64,000 nt of DNA from IMG/VR virus record IMGVR_UViG_3300000547_000002, positions 1-64,000 of that record. One strand, given 5' to 3'. This document shows positions 1 to 9,380 of the stretch, piece by piece. Within the stretch, counting starts at the first letter, position 1, and the number at the start of each line of letters is the position of its first letter. Below the pieces are notes generated by a model that was not told the origin of the DNA, did no database searches, and was given only the letters and a program-made list of their open reading frames with translations. A program made the position numbers and the translations under genes. The stretch comes from a virus.

Positions 1-132
1 TCACAGGTAGGTTTAAGACTTATGAAGTTCTGTGCTAAATGGGACATGCAGCGTATAGCAGATCAAGCAGCTTCTTATGCTAAACCGCTGTCAGCGAGGT
101 ATCCAAATGAACAAAAAGAAATGTCCGTTTGA
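1..132 (+). CDS. 3' end of a gene entering the window (possibly T4 RNase H-like 5'-3' exonuclease)
   Basis: Frame 1 open from base 1 to TGA at 130-132 (SQVGLRLMKFCAKWDMQRIADQAASYAKPLSARYPNEQKEMSV*). The product guess is a weak recollection of similar phage C-termini. Confidence 0.35.
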   Translation, partial: SQVGLRLMKFCAKWDMQRIADQAASYAKPLSARYPNEQKEMSV

Positions 133-175
133 AGAAACGTGCGAACACAAAACAGACGACTGTTATGAGGAGACT

Positions 176-646
176 ATGAAAGATAGCATTACAGCAAAAG
201 AGATTCTTGAGAACAAGTTTTGGATTGTAGAAAACAAGGGCGTAAGAATAGGAACTCTTACTCTTGACGAAGAAAAATATATCTTAAGTGATAAGCAAGG
301 AACACACTTTTTTAACTCTGAGAGGCAGTTAAAGAAAACGCTGGGAGATATTTCTTGGGGTCATAAGCAGCTAGAAGACTCGATCTCCTACGAAGTTCAT
401 GGTTATCCTACTTCTTACAAGCCTTACAATCCTATGTATGATGTTCGCAAGCACATTCCGCTTTTTACAAAGTCTCCTAAAAGCAAGAGTGTGTATTGCG
501 CAGGTCATTATGTTATTCGTTTTGACAAAGGTTGGGTTAAGAGCTTTTGTCCTAAACTGATTACTGTAGAAGCTAACGACTTCAAAGGTCCTTTCAAAAC
601 AGACTTTGAAGCAAGACAGGAGTTGTCCCGTGTCAAATCGCAGTGA
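176..646 (+). CDS. hypothetical phage protein
   Basis: ORF 77..646; ATG176 (MKDSITAK) has a GAGGAG RBS and avoids overlap with the upstream gene. No recognisable motif. Confidence 0.75.
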   Translation: MKDSITAKEILENKFWIVENKGVRIGTLTLDEEKYILSDKQGTHFFNSERQLKKTLGDISWGHKQLEDSISYEVHGYPTSYKPYNPMYDVRKHIPLFTKSPKSKSVYCAGHYVIRFDKGWVKSFCPKLITVEANDFKGPFKTDFEARQELSRVKSQ

Positions 647-875
647 GCCGCTTAACACAGCACCTATACAGCAGTTTTTGCAACAAGTGCGCTCTGCTGA
701 TGCAGGTAAGGCAAAAGAAGTAAAACTAGACCTACAAAATGCCAAGAGACTTGCTTTTTGTTTAGGGGAAGTGATGACTCGCCTAGAAGGCGATTTAGAG
801 AAAATCCTCTCAAACAAATCTGCAGGCACAGATGAAGTAATCGAAGTGAAAATGGACGGCGGCTCAAGCTGGTAA
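630..875 (+). CDS. hypothetical phage protein
   Basis: ORF 606..875; GTG630 preceded by AGGAG; helical-looking sequence. Confidence 0.65.
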   Translation: MSNRSEPLNTAPIQQFLQQVRSADAGKAKEVKLDLQNAKRLAFCLGEVMTRLEGDLEKILSNKSAGTDEVIEVKMDGGSSW

Positions 876-880
876 AGAGA

Positions 881-886
881 TAAATA
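881..886 (+). promoter_or_regulatory. TAAATA late-promoter motif
   Basis: Intergenic TAAATA upstream of gene 919; the same motif recurs before many genes and resembles the T4 late promoter TATAAATA. Confidence 0.6.
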
Positions 887-918
887 AGTGCGTAGTTAAC
901 TTAAAGGATACACGCACT

Positions 919-1215
919 ATGAGTCGCCCTAAACCTGAAGTAATCTTGGAACATATTGACAAAAAAACCTATAAGACAGAGCAGGTTCTCAAAGCAGAAG
1001 CTATCTGGGCGGTATTCTATCAAGGTGCTCCTTTCAATCTAAAGTCGGCTAACATGCTGACAAACTATCCTGGTCCTAAGTATCCTAAGGTAAGTTTTTC
1101 AAACCCTGGACACGCAATTAATCTTGCAAAAAAGTTGAACTCTCTGTTTAATACGGATGAGTTTGAGGTTGTAAAACTCACACAGGGCGAAATCATACCT
1201 CTTGACGAAGAATGA
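919..1215 (+). CDS. hypothetical phage protein (MSRPKP... type)
   Basis: 98-aa ORF with AAGGA RBS; ATGA overlap with the next gene. Confidence 0.8.
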   Translation: MSRPKPEVILEHIDKKTYKTEQVLKAEAIWAVFYQGAPFNLKSANMLTNYPGPKYPKVSFSNPGHAINLAKKLNSLFNTDEFEVVKLTQGEIIPLDEE

Positions 1216-1604
1216 CTTCAAAAGAAACATATACCAAAGTCTTTCTCAAACAGTTAGATCAACCTGTGAATAACCTTTCTGTTCGTTCTGCTCTTGCGGA
1301 ATGGTGGAGAAATCCTCGCACTAAAGAAAAAGGCGGCATGCGTCTCACTGAAGAAGGCTTCAGAATGATGACAGAAGATTTGGATATATCATTCTACGAA
1401 GTGCCATATGCTCCTGACATGAATTTTACCACTCAAATAATCATATGGCTTGACAACTTTATTGACTGCCCTTACTATCTTGACAAGAGAAGCATGTTTG
1501 TCACAGATGACAAAAAAGCACTTGAACTTCACATGTTTTCAGGAGATATCAAAAAATATGGTATCTCCAAAGCTTTAGCAAGACAGGATGCCAAAAACGA
1601 TTGA
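1212..1604 (+). CDS. hypothetical phage protein
   Basis: 130-aa ORF translationally coupled (ATGA) to the upstream gene. Confidence 0.8.
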   Translation: MTSKETYTKVFLKQLDQPVNNLSVRSALAEWWRNPRTKEKGGMRLTEEGFRMMTEDLDISFYEVPYAPDMNFTTQIIIWLDNFIDCPYYLDKRSMFVTDDKKALELHMFSGDIKKYGISKALARQDAKND

Positions 1605-1628
1605 CATATCACCTTATTCCTGTATAAT
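1601..1628 (+). promoter_or_regulatory. sigma70-type (early) promoter TTGACA-N16-TATAAT
   Basis: Perfect -35 (1601-1606) and -10 (1623-1628) hexamers upstream of the AAA+ gene. Confidence 0.75.
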
Positions 1629-1667
1629 AACACTTGTACTTAAACACAACTGCAACTAGAGGTACTT

Positions 1668-2750
1668 ATGGATACTGCAACTCGTCAGCTAACTCCTAAT
1701 TCTGCGAAAGCATCAATCAACCACGCTATTCGCCGCAAGCGTCCTATCTTTCTTTGGGGACCTCCCGGCATTGGCAAGTCAGACATTGTTCATCAGATTG
1801 GCGAATCTATGAACGCTAAGGTAATTGATGTTCGTCTTTCGCTTTGGGAGCCAACTGACATCAAGGGTATTCCTTACTTTGATTCCAATCTTTCAAAGAT
1901 GGTTTGGGCTCCGCCGCTTGAACTGCCTGACGAAGAGATGGCTGCACAGCATGAGAACATTGTGCTGTTTCTTGATGAGATGAACTCTGCGGCTCCTGCT
2001 GTGCAGGCTGCTGCTTATCAGCTTATTCTTAACCGCAAGGTTGGTACTTACACACTGCCTGACAATGTTTACATTGTTGCTGCTGGTAACCGTGAGGCAG
2101 ACAAGGGCGTAACCTATCGCATGCCTGCTCCGTTGGCTAATCGTTTTGTTCACTTAGAAATGACTGTGAACTTTGATGATTGGTTTGAGTGGGCTGTTGA
2201 AAACAACATTCATCAGGATGTTGTAGGTTACTTGACCTTCTCTAAGAAGGATCTCTACGACTTTGACCCTAAGTCTCCGTCGCGTTCATTTGCAACGCCT
2301 CGTTCTTGGTCGTTTGTGTCAGAGCTGCTTGAAGACGGCATTGACGAAAGCACTACTACTGATCTTGTGTCGGGTGCTGTTGGCGAAGGTCTTGCTGTTA
2401 AGTTTATGGCACATCGCAAGGTTGCTTCGCAGATGCCTAATCCTGCAGACATTCTTGAAGGCAAGGTATCAGAGCTCAATACCAAGGAGATTTCCGCGAT
2501 GTATTCGCTGACTGTGTCTCTCTGCTACGAGCTAAAAGAAGCAAACGATGCGAACGACAAGAAGTTCAACGACAAGGTTAATAACTTCCTTCGCTTTGCG
2601 ATGGATAACTTTGAGACTGAACTGGTTGTCATGGGCATCAAGCTGGCACTGACGCAGTATAGCCTGCCTATTGATCCTGACGAGATTGAGTGCTTTGACG
2701 AGTTCCACGAGCGCTTTGGCAAGTATATCACTGCTGCACAGCAGGCCTAA
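1668..2750 (+). CDS. MoxR-like AAA+ ATPase
   Basis: Walker A GPPGIGKS, Walker B LFLDE, sensor AAGN, Arg finger ANRF, ATPRSW; GAGG RBS. Confidence 0.92.
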   Translation: MDTATRQLTPNSAKASINHAIRRKRPIFLWGPPGIGKSDIVHQIGESMNAKVIDVRLSLWEPTDIKGIPYFDSNLSKMVWAPPLELPDEEMAAQHENIVLFLDEMNSAAPAVQAAAYQLILNRKVGTYTLPDNVYIVAAGNREADKGVTYRMPAPLANRFVHLEMTVNFDDWFEWAVENNIHQDVVGYLTFSKKDLYDFDPKSPSRSFATPRSWSFVSELLEDGIDESTTTDLVSGAVGEGLAVKFMAHRKVASQMPNPADILEGKVSELNTKEISAMYSLTVSLCYELKEANDANDKKFNDKVNNFLRFAMDNFETELVVMGIKLALTQYSLPIDPDEIECFDEFHERFGKYITAAQQA

Positions 2751-2755
2751 CATTT

Positions 2756-2781
2756 GGGGCGACAAGATCGCCCCTTTCCTT
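2756..2781 (+). terminator. Rho-independent terminator
   Basis: GGGGCGA-caaga-TCGCCCC perfect 7-bp stem followed by TTTCCTT, directly after the AAA+ stop. Confidence 0.7.
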
Positions 2782-2808
2782 GACTTATTCACTAATCTAT
2801 CGTATTAT
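2780..2808 (+). promoter_or_regulatory. sigma70-type promoter TTGACT-N17-TATTAT
   Basis: -35 at 2780-2785 and -10 at 2803-2808, upstream of the AAGGAG RBS and ATG2837. Confidence 0.65.
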
Positions 2809-2836
2809 ATACATACTGATAGAGAAGGAGCCGGAT

Positions 2837-4093
2837 ATGACCGTTGAACAGAATGTGTTGGAACACGAAGAGCTTTCTGAAGAGGCACTGAAAGAACTAC
2901 AGGAAGAAGTCAAAGAGAAGGTGATTACTGCTCGTGTTGGCTTGCTCCTTCGTCATCCCTGGTTTGGTAATATGGCAACTCGTCTGCGCGTTCAACCCTG
3001 CGACGGTTGGTGCCCTACTGCTGCTACAGATGGTAGAAATCTGTTTTACAACTCCCAGTTCTTTGACAAGCTCACTACCAAGCAGATTGAATTTGTAATC
3101 GCACACGAGATTCTCCATTGCGTGTTTGACCATATTATTCGCAGAGAAGACCGTGATCCTCAGTTGTATAATGTAGCCTGTGACTACAAGGTCAATAACA
3201 CTCTTGTTCGCGATCGTATTGGCGAAAAGCCTGACATTCAAATTTATCAAGACTACAAGTACGATGGCTGGACTTCTGAAGAGATCTATGACGAACTCTA
3301 CGAGCAGGCTGACAAAATTGATCTCGACGAACTTGGCAAGATGCTAGACGAACACGTTGACTGGGAGAAAGAAAACGGTTCCGGCGGCGGCGACAGCGAA
3401 GACGGTGAAGGCAAAGGTCGTCCTAGCTACACTCGCGAAGAACTTGAAAAGATTCGTGACGAGATCAAAGAGAACATGATCTCTGCTGCACAGAGTGCTG
3501 GTGCAGGTAATGTTCCTGGCGAAATAGAACGCATGGTAAAAGATCTTACCGAACCCAAGATGGACTGGCGTGAGATTCTTCAGCAGCAGATTCAGAGCAC
3601 AATCCGTAACGATTTTACTTTTGCTCGGCCGTCACGAAAGGGTTGGCATATGGGTGCTGTCCTGCCTGGACAGAACTTTGACGAGACAATTGATATCTGT
3701 ATTGCTCTTGATATGAGTGGTTCAATTGGAGATGAACAAGCTCGCGTATTCCTAAGCGAAGTCAAAGGAATCATGGACCAGTACGAAGACTACAATATCA
3801 AAGTTTGGTGCTTTGATACAGAAGTATATAACGAAGACTCCTTTACTGCTGACGACGGTAGAGAAATCACTGATTACGAAATCAAAGGCGGTGGCGGCAC
3901 TGACTTCATAGCGAACTGGAATTACATGAAAGAACAGGACATTGTTCCCAAGAAGTTCCTTGTTTTTACAGACGGTATGCCGTGGGGTGAGTGGGGCGAT
4001 CCTGACTATTGCGATACAGTATTTGTTATTCACTCTGTATATGGCAGAGCGCCCGAAGCACCATTTGGAGTGACTACATACTACGATGATTAA
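2837..4093 (+). CDS. metallopeptidase-VWA domain protein (DUF2201-like), AAA+ partner
   Basis: TAATDG and HEILH (HExxH) in the N-domain; C-terminal MIDAS motifs DMSGS, GGGGTDF, FTDG. Start corrected to ATG2837 on the basis of the RBS. Confidence 0.88.
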   Translation: MTVEQNVLEHEELSEEALKELQEEVKEKVITARVGLLLRHPWFGNMATRLRVQPCDGWCPTAATDGRNLFYNSQFFDKLTTKQIEFVIAHEILHCVFDHIIRREDRDPQLYNVACDYKVNNTLVRDRIGEKPDIQIYQDYKYDGWTSEEIYDELYEQADKIDLDELGKMLDEHVDWEKENGSGGGDSEDGEGKGRPSYTREELEKIRDEIKENMISAAQSAGAGNVPGEIERMVKDLTEPKMDWREILQQQIQSTIRNDFTFARPSRKGWHMGAVLPGQNFDETIDICIALDMSGSIGDEQARVFLSEVKGIMDQYEDYNIKVWCFDTEVYNEDSFTADDGREITDYEIKGGGGTDFIANWNYMKEQDIVPKKFLVFTDGMPWGEWGDPDYCDTVFVIHSVYGRAPEAPFGVTTYYDD

Positions 4094-4373
4094 TTCAGTG
4101 CCAGAGAAGATTAATCCACTAAACTTCTACGGTATTAGGCAGTTGAAGGTTCCACCTCCGCATTTTGAGTATGTTACTATCGAAATGCGGAGGTATAACC
4201 TTGAGCAGACAATCGTCAAGTGGATCGAAAAGAACACAAAAGGCCGTTTTTACGTGGGCACAATACACGAATTAGATAAAAACAACAAACAGGCTAAAGT
4301 GATCAAGATCGGTTTTGAAGACCCAAAGGAACTTTCTTTATTCACTTTGGGTTGTCCTTATTTGAAGTATTAG
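4086..4373 (+). CDS. hypothetical phage protein
   Basis: 95-aa ORF overlapping the VWA gene stop. Confidence 0.75.
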   Translation: MINSVPEKINPLNFYGIRQLKVPPPHFEYVTIEMRRYNLEQTIVKWIEKNTKGRFYVGTIHELDKNNKQAKVIKIGFEDPKELSLFTLGCPYLKY

Positions 4374-4379
4374 TAAATA
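4374..4379 (+). promoter_or_regulatory. TAAATA late-promoter motif
   Basis: Immediately after the upstream stop and before the AGGAGG RBS of gene 4409. Confidence 0.6.
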
Positions 4380-4408
4380 AACAGAGCATTTAATTTAGGA
4401 GGTTATTG

Positions 4409-4642
4409 ATGTCTGAAGAACAGAAGCAAGAAGAAGTTGCTGCATCTGAAGCAGAAGCACAGCAAAACAACGAAGCAGAACTTACGGTGCAAGACCTAAA
4501 CGCACTAAAGCAGATTATTGACGTAGCAAGTCAGCGAGGTGCATTTAGGCCAAACGAAATGATGACCGTAGGTCAAATCTACACCAAGCTGGAAACTTTC
4601 TTAAACGCAGTAAGTGCCCAGCAGTCCGCACAAGGAGAATAA
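4409..4642 (+). CDS. small acidic hypothetical protein
   Basis: AGGAGG RBS; LTVQDL..LKQIIDVASQRGAF helical core. Confidence 0.8.
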   Translation: MSEEQKQEEVAASEAEAQQNNEAELTVQDLNALKQIIDVASQRGAFRPNEMMTVGQIYTKLETFLNAVSAQQSAQGE

Positions 4643-4643
4643 A

Positions 4644-5240
4644 ATGGCATTGAAGCATGTAGGAAGAGTAAAAAAGAATCAAAGAAAGGTGGTTGTAGCT
4701 TATCGCACCGTTCCCAATGATCCGCAAAGCTGTGTAGTCGTTACCACAGAAAATCTAATGGCAGACGAACACGATGCTCTAATGAAGACTGTAGAAAGCG
4801 ACGCAGGACAAAGTGCATACGAGTTCGCTGAAGCAATGAGTAGAACTTCGCTACCAGATGGCCGTAACATGCTTGCAGGTCTTCATACCACAGGTAAAAT
4901 GGTTAAAATGCCTACTGCAGAAGTAGAAATGATTCCTGATAGAAACACTGCTATCTCTCTCGACGAGTTGAACAGACAAATAGCTGAACAGAAAGGTGTT
5001 TCTATTGAAGATCTTGCTCTTACAGACAGCAATCAAACTGCAAAAGCAGAAACACAATCTCGATCATTGCCGGAAGTCGAGTCTGAAACTCTTGCTACCG
5101 CAGAACCTGCACTTTCAGACGAAGAACTTGCTGCTAAATACAGAAGCGACGCAGATCGCCTGTATAAGGAAGCCAAGGCTCTTAGAGAAAAAGCCGAAGA
5201 GCTTTCTCCAACTAAGAAGTCAAAGGCAAAGAGTGCATAA
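4644..5240 (+). CDS. hypothetical phage protein
   Basis: ORF 4614..5240; ATG4644 (MALKHVGR) follows AAGGAG; C-terminal coiled-coil-like segment. Confidence 0.8.
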   Translation: MALKHVGRVKKNQRKVVVAYRTVPNDPQSCVVVTTENLMADEHDALMKTVESDAGQSAYEFAEAMSRTSLPDGRNMLAGLHTTGKMVKMPTAEVEMIPDRNTAISLDELNRQIAEQKGVSIEDLALTDSNQTAKAETQSRSLPEVESETLATAEPALSDEELAAKYRSDADRLYKEAKALREKAEELSPTKKSKAKSA

Positions 5241-5535
5241 TAAAAAATTACCAAAAGAAGTAATTGATCATTGGCCCGAAGTATTCGAAGATGTCGAAGT
5301 TGAAGTTGTTCCGATTGAGTATCTTCACTCAATTAGAGTCAGCTTCGACGACGGCATTACTTGGGACATAGATGTAAAAAAAGATGCTGACGATTATGAT
5401 ATAGAATCATCAGTAGCCGATCTGTTCGAAACCTACCAAGACTCGATCACACACATAGACTTCCGCTTGGATACGGAAAAAGTAAAGCGAGATGTTTCTA
5501 AGCGTACTCATCTCTTTATGAAAAAGCGTAGATAA
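5233..5535 (+). CDS. hypothetical phage protein
   Basis: 3' part of ORF 4996..5535; GTG5233 overlaps the upstream stop; acidic globular sequence (VIDHWPEVF...). Confidence 0.65.
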   Translation: MHNKKLPKEVIDHWPEVFEDVEVEVVPIEYLHSIRVSFDDGITWDIDVKKDADDYDIESSVADLFETYQDSITHIDFRLDTEKVKRDVSKRTHLFMKKRR

Positions 5536-5540
5536 ATTGA

Positions 5541-5546
5541 TAAATA
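5541..5546 (+). promoter_or_regulatory. TAAATA late-promoter motif
   Basis: Intergenic, upstream of the AGGAG RBS of a fibre-like gene. Confidence 0.6.
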
Positions 5547-5571
5547 CTCTTAGTAGCTAGGAGCAAGATTA

Positions 5572-6690
5572 ATGTCGCTTAGAATAAGAAGAGGTTTAAG
5601 CACCGATATACCTACCCCTGTTGAAGGCGAGTTATTATATACCACCGACGAAGGTAAATTATATGTAGGATACAACGATCCTATAGAGGGAGAAGTAATA
5701 CCTAAATTAACGGGTGCTAGACTAACAGACGATGATACTCCTACACTATCGGCAGATCTAAATCTAGCAGGAAATAACATAGTTGGAACCGGTAATATTA
5801 ATATAGACGGTACTATAAATGCTACTGGTAATATTAATTTAGGCGACGAAGATAGCGACACAATTAATATAAACGGGCAAATCAATACATCATTAATTCC
5901 TACATCGACAAATTTGTATGACTTAGGTGATATTACAGCAAGATGGAGAAATGGATATTTTCAATCTCTTATAGCAAATAGTTACATAGAATCTTCCGAC
6001 TTTGTTGTAGGTAATTCTATTGTATCTAGTGATAGCACCGTTATCTATGATAATTTATCTAACAGTATCAACATAGAATCAATCACTGCAAATATCGTAG
6101 AAGGCAATTTGATAGGAAATGTCTATAATGAAAATTCTAGTTTAATTATAGATAACGAAGAGGGTTCATTTAATACTCCGTCTCTAAAGATTATCGATGA
6201 AAAAATCGAAAGTAAAATTTCTGAGCCGTTAAGAGTTTTTTCCGATAAAGGTTTAAGGAATTTTGGTTCTTCCTCTCAGTCTATAACAGACTCAAACGCA
6301 TTTGTGCTTAATTCAATAGGCGATAGTGATACTAGTCCTTTAGCAATTGGAGATATAGTAGGAGCATTTGCTTACAGCGGCTATGACGGCTCCGATTATA
6401 TACCAACAAATGTAATACTCTCTGAAGTTGATTCCGATGCAAGCGGTTCTATACTACCTGGAAAGTTAGTCGTTTATTCTGCAGATGTTACAGGCAGTTT
6501 GAATCCTACAATGACCATAGATTCTGCGGGAACAATAAGTGGAGGCATTTTCAAAACCGGCACCTATAACAACACAACAGAAAGAGATAATCAAATACCT
6601 AATCCAGAAGCAGGAATGATTATCTTTCTAAACGATGTATCTCCAAAATTTCAAGGGTATGACGGAACACAGTGGGTTGATTTTAATTAG
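5572..6690 (+). CDS. tail fibre-like virion protein
   Basis: N-terminal LRIRRG...P.EGELLYTTDEGKLYVG (Mtd/hyaluronidase N-terminal type), G/N/I-rich beta repeats, C-terminal GMIIF...KFQGYDGTQW motif typical of phage fibres. Confidence 0.7.
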   Translation: MSLRIRRGLSTDIPTPVEGELLYTTDEGKLYVGYNDPIEGEVIPKLTGARLTDDDTPTLSADLNLAGNNIVGTGNINIDGTINATGNINLGDEDSDTININGQINTSLIPTSTNLYDLGDITARWRNGYFQSLIANSYIESSDFVVGNSIVSSDSTVIYDNLSNSINIESITANIVEGNLIGNVYNENSSLIIDNEEGSFNTPSLKIIDEKIESKISEPLRVFSDKGLRNFGSSSQSITDSNAFVLNSIGDSDTSPLAIGDIVGAFAYSGYDGSDYIPTNVILSEVDSDASGSILPGKLVVYSADVTGSLNPTMTIDSAGTISGGIFKTGTYNNTTERDNQIPNPEAGMIIFLNDVSPKFQGYDGTQWVDFN

Positions 6691-7502
6691 TAAGATTGTA
6701 GATTATCAATTCCTAGTGTCTTTCTAAAACTTTCTGTAAAAACACAATCTATACGAACACCATATTCCTGCTCTTTAGAAGATTCTCCGCCGTGCCAGTC
6801 TTGATCGTTCCAGAAGGCAGCATGACAATTTAGATAATACTTATTTTGTTCGTCAGGATCCCATATATAGAATCCTCTTTTGGTTCTAGGCCTAATATGT
6901 ATAAATTCATTTCTATGGTTAGAATAATAGTCATTTTCAAAAACACCATTTTTCGCATCTAAATCTCTATGTTCAAATGCCTTACCATTATGATCGCAAT
7001 GAAAGATAATGACACGACCGATCTGTTCTATAATATCATTTTCTATAAGATTATATACCCACTGAACTAGTCCAGGAAAATATTTGGATTCTTCAGTTGG
7101 CTTTCTTTTAGCATTTCGTTCATTCCAGTCGCCTTCTTCCCATATAAAATAATAAACATATGGATCGTTAGCACCTAATGTAGTTTTTAAATATCTTGTA
7201 AAGATATTTCTTTGTTTATAATCGCCAAAATCCTCAGGTAAAATTTTATCACCTTCAATCTTGATAGGATTATCATCTGGTAAATCTTGGTATTCTTCCC
7301 AAGCCTTATAGATAGGCTTCCAGTCTAAAATGTAACTCGCGTGTTTCCATTCAAATCCAGGTTTCATCCAAGTTCCTTCTTTTGCATAATCTCTAGCAAG
7401 AGCCATGCCTTTAGAAATTTCGGGATGTAAATTTTTAAAACCTTCGATGTCTAAAAAAGGATCTAAGTTTAGATATTTTTGTCCGCCTATTCCTCTTATC
7501 AT
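6687..7502 (-). CDS. putative 2OG-Fe(II)/cupin-fold oxygenase
   Basis: HRD...WHG...R pattern (EHRDLD, DWHGG, GVRID) fits an HxD..H facial triad; AGGAG RBS. Confidence 0.5.
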   Translation of the reverse strand: MIRGIGGQKYLNLDPFLDIEGFKNLHPEISKGMALARDYAKEGTWMKPGFEWKHASYILDWKPIYKAWEEYQDLPDDNPIKIEGDKILPEDFGDYKQRNIFTRYLKTTLGANDPYVYYFIWEEGDWNERNAKRKPTEESKYFPGLVQWVYNLIENDIIEQIGRVIIFHCDHNGKAFEHRDLDAKNGVFENDYYSNHRNEFIHIRPRTKRGFYIWDPDEQNKYYLNCHAAFWNDQDWHGGESSKEQEYGVRIDCVFTESFRKTLGIDNLQSY

Positions 7503-7524
7503 TCAAAACTCCTAATCTTAAAAA

Positions 7525-7540
7525 TATTTATTAGTAAATA
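7525..7540. promoter_or_regulatory. back-to-back TAAATA late promoters (divergent)
   Basis: TATTTA-ttag-TAAATA inverted repeat between divergent genes 7502(-) and 7546(+). Confidence 0.6.
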
Positions 7541-7545
7541 AAATT

Positions 7546-8241
7546 ATGTCTAATGGCTTTGAATATTATTATAATAATGTTCCCGGAAAGGGTCTGTGTA
7601 GAAACAATTTGATATACACAAGTTTGATTAGCAAAGACAGAAAAACATTTTGTCAATGGTATTACAATGACAAAACTTATCACAGTGGGATGAATAAGGT
7701 TGTTGACCCTACCCTTATGTTGGAAAAATGGCAGAGAGAAAAACATTATCTTTTGCTAATGCATGAAAACTTCCCCCAGCACATTCCTGAAATTTTAGAT
7801 ATCGATGATAAAAATCAAAAAATTTATTTAAGAATAGACGGAGATGATTTTTGGGAAAGAGCAAAAACAGACATAAACAGATACAACGACGTTCTTCCTA
7901 ATTGGGAAGAACAGATGCTAGAAATAATAGAAAGTCATAAAAAATTAAATTTCTATAAAATTTCTATGCACCCTTCTAGTTATTTTGTAGTAGACGGAAA
8001 ATTAAAAAGTATTAATTATTTTTTTTGTTATAATTTCAGTGAAGAGACGATAAGATTTTCAGATGTTTTTAGTCACATAAGCGACGACAGATTAGAAAAA
8101 CTTTATCCTCTCATGAAAAAAATGAATATTGATTATAATAACCAAGAACCCTTAGAAAAAATACAGAATTTAGCATTTGAGACATTTAAATTTAATTTTC
8201 CTCATAGCACTATGGAAAAAGCAAAGAGAATCTATGTTTAG
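7546..8241 (+). CDS. atypical protein-kinase/phosphotransferase-fold protein
   Basis: WQREKHYL helix, HIPEILDID, catalytic-loop-like YKISMHPSSYF, then KLKSINYF; paralog of 9913..10584. Confidence 0.45.
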   Translation: MSNGFEYYYNNVPGKGLCRNNLIYTSLISKDRKTFCQWYYNDKTYHSGMNKVVDPTLMLEKWQREKHYLLLMHENFPQHIPEILDIDDKNQKIYLRIDGDDFWERAKTDINRYNDVLPNWEEQMLEIIESHKKLNFYKISMHPSSYFVVDGKLKSINYFFCYNFSEETIRFSDVFSHISDDRLEKLYPLMKKMNIDYNNQEPLEKIQNLAFETFKFNFPHSTMEKAKRIYV

Positions 8242-8800
8242 TATTAAAGAATGGAATCCAGATTTGGATTTATCTTTTTTTTACAAAGAATGCAAAAAAA
8301 GAGGGCACATTAATAACTCCTCAAAAAAACAAATGATAGATTGTTTCAAAAATGAAAAACACTGGAATGTTTGGATTTTGTATCACTATAACACCCCTAT
8401 AGGCAGCGTAGCAGCACACTCATTCGACGATGTTATGGGAGAGAATTCATATAGAATTTTGACTAGAACGTGTGCTTTATCAAAATATGCGCCTATTACA
8501 GGCTTATTAACCAAAAATAAAATGATATTAGAACACCAACACTTTACGGCGCAATTTTTTTTAGAAACTTGCGTTAAATGGTGCAAATCAGACAGATTAT
8601 ATTCTACATCGAACTATAGCGATTGCGCAAGTCAAAAAATTGTGAATAGACTTTATTTTCCTACACTTGCAAAAAAAAATTTAGTAGAATTTGTTAAAAC
8701 ACAGAATTATAGAGGACTACCACAAAACATTTGGAAAATAAATCATGAAGCTTTTTTGGCAGATCTTAATCGTTATCCGCGATGGAAATTAAATAATTAA
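8234..8800 (+). CDS. hypothetical protein, possible GNAT-fold acyltransferase
   Basis: ATG8234 overlaps the upstream stop; strand pattern WILYH..PIGSVAAH..YRILTR is GNAT-like (weak). Confidence 0.4.
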   Translation: MFSIKEWNPDLDLSFFYKECKKRGHINNSSKKQMIDCFKNEKHWNVWILYHYNTPIGSVAAHSFDDVMGENSYRILTRTCALSKYAPITGLLTKNKMILEHQHFTAQFFLETCVKWCKSDRLYSTSNYSDCASQKIVNRLYFPTLAKKNLVEFVKTQNYRGLPQNIWKINHEAFLADLNRYPRWKLNN

Positions 8801-9380
8801 CTTTTTCGCATTTTTTGTCTAAATCTTTGTCTTTACCTCCTAAAGATTCAATAACAAACGAAGTAAGTTTTAAATTAAATTCTACATTCCAAAAATAAGG
8901 ATTAGATAACCAAATATCAATGATTGATACTATGGATTCTAAGGGTATTTCTTCGTCCGAATTATATCTATCGTCTCCTATTGTTGACTTAATAAAAGAA
9001 AAGTCAAGGTATAATATTTTTGCTACATTATATTGGGTAGGAATAGAAGATAGTAAATTGCAAAATTCATAAAGTTCTGATTTGATAAATGATAATTCAG
9101 GTTTTATATTTGTGTAATTCCGTATTACGCCTCCTGATACAATTATAAATGAAACATGTTTATAAATCTTCTCTAAAATTTCTTTCTGATATTCTTTATA
9201 ACATAGATTATTAAAAACAATATCAGCATCTTTGCAAATTGAAACTATCTCATCGAAATTGCGTTCTATATCATAACCACGAGTTCTAGAAATACCAATA
9301 ACTTCAAAATTTTGATTAACGAAATAATCTTTTACTGCCTTCCCTATACCGAAAGTGTCTCCTATAACCACTGCCTTCAT
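8766..9380 (-). CDS. short-chain dehydrogenase/reductase-like protein
   Basis: Start ATG9380, MKAVVIGDTFGIGKA (GxxxGIG Rossmann), GISRTRGYDI, DIVFNN. Confidence 0.65.
   Translation of the reverse strand: MKAVVIGDTFGIGKAVKDYFVNQNFEVIGISRTRGYDIERNFDEIVSICKDADIVFNNLCYKEYQKEILEKIYKHVSFIIVSGGVIRNYTNIKPELSFIKSELYEFCNLLSSIPTQYNVAKILYLDFSFIKSTIGDDRYNSDEEIPLESIVSIIDIWLSNPYFWNVEFNLKLTSFVIESLGGKDKDLDKKCEKVNYLISIADND

Noticed and set aside
4996-5232. Long N-terminal extensions in the ORF track (also 77, 2780, 8177, 9428, 9970, 32457)
   Set aside because: They overlap neighbouring genes or promoters; downstream starts with RBS or coupling fit better.
371-5885. Minus-strand ORFs opposite the left-hand genes
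   Set aside because: Fully overlap better-supported plus-strand genes.
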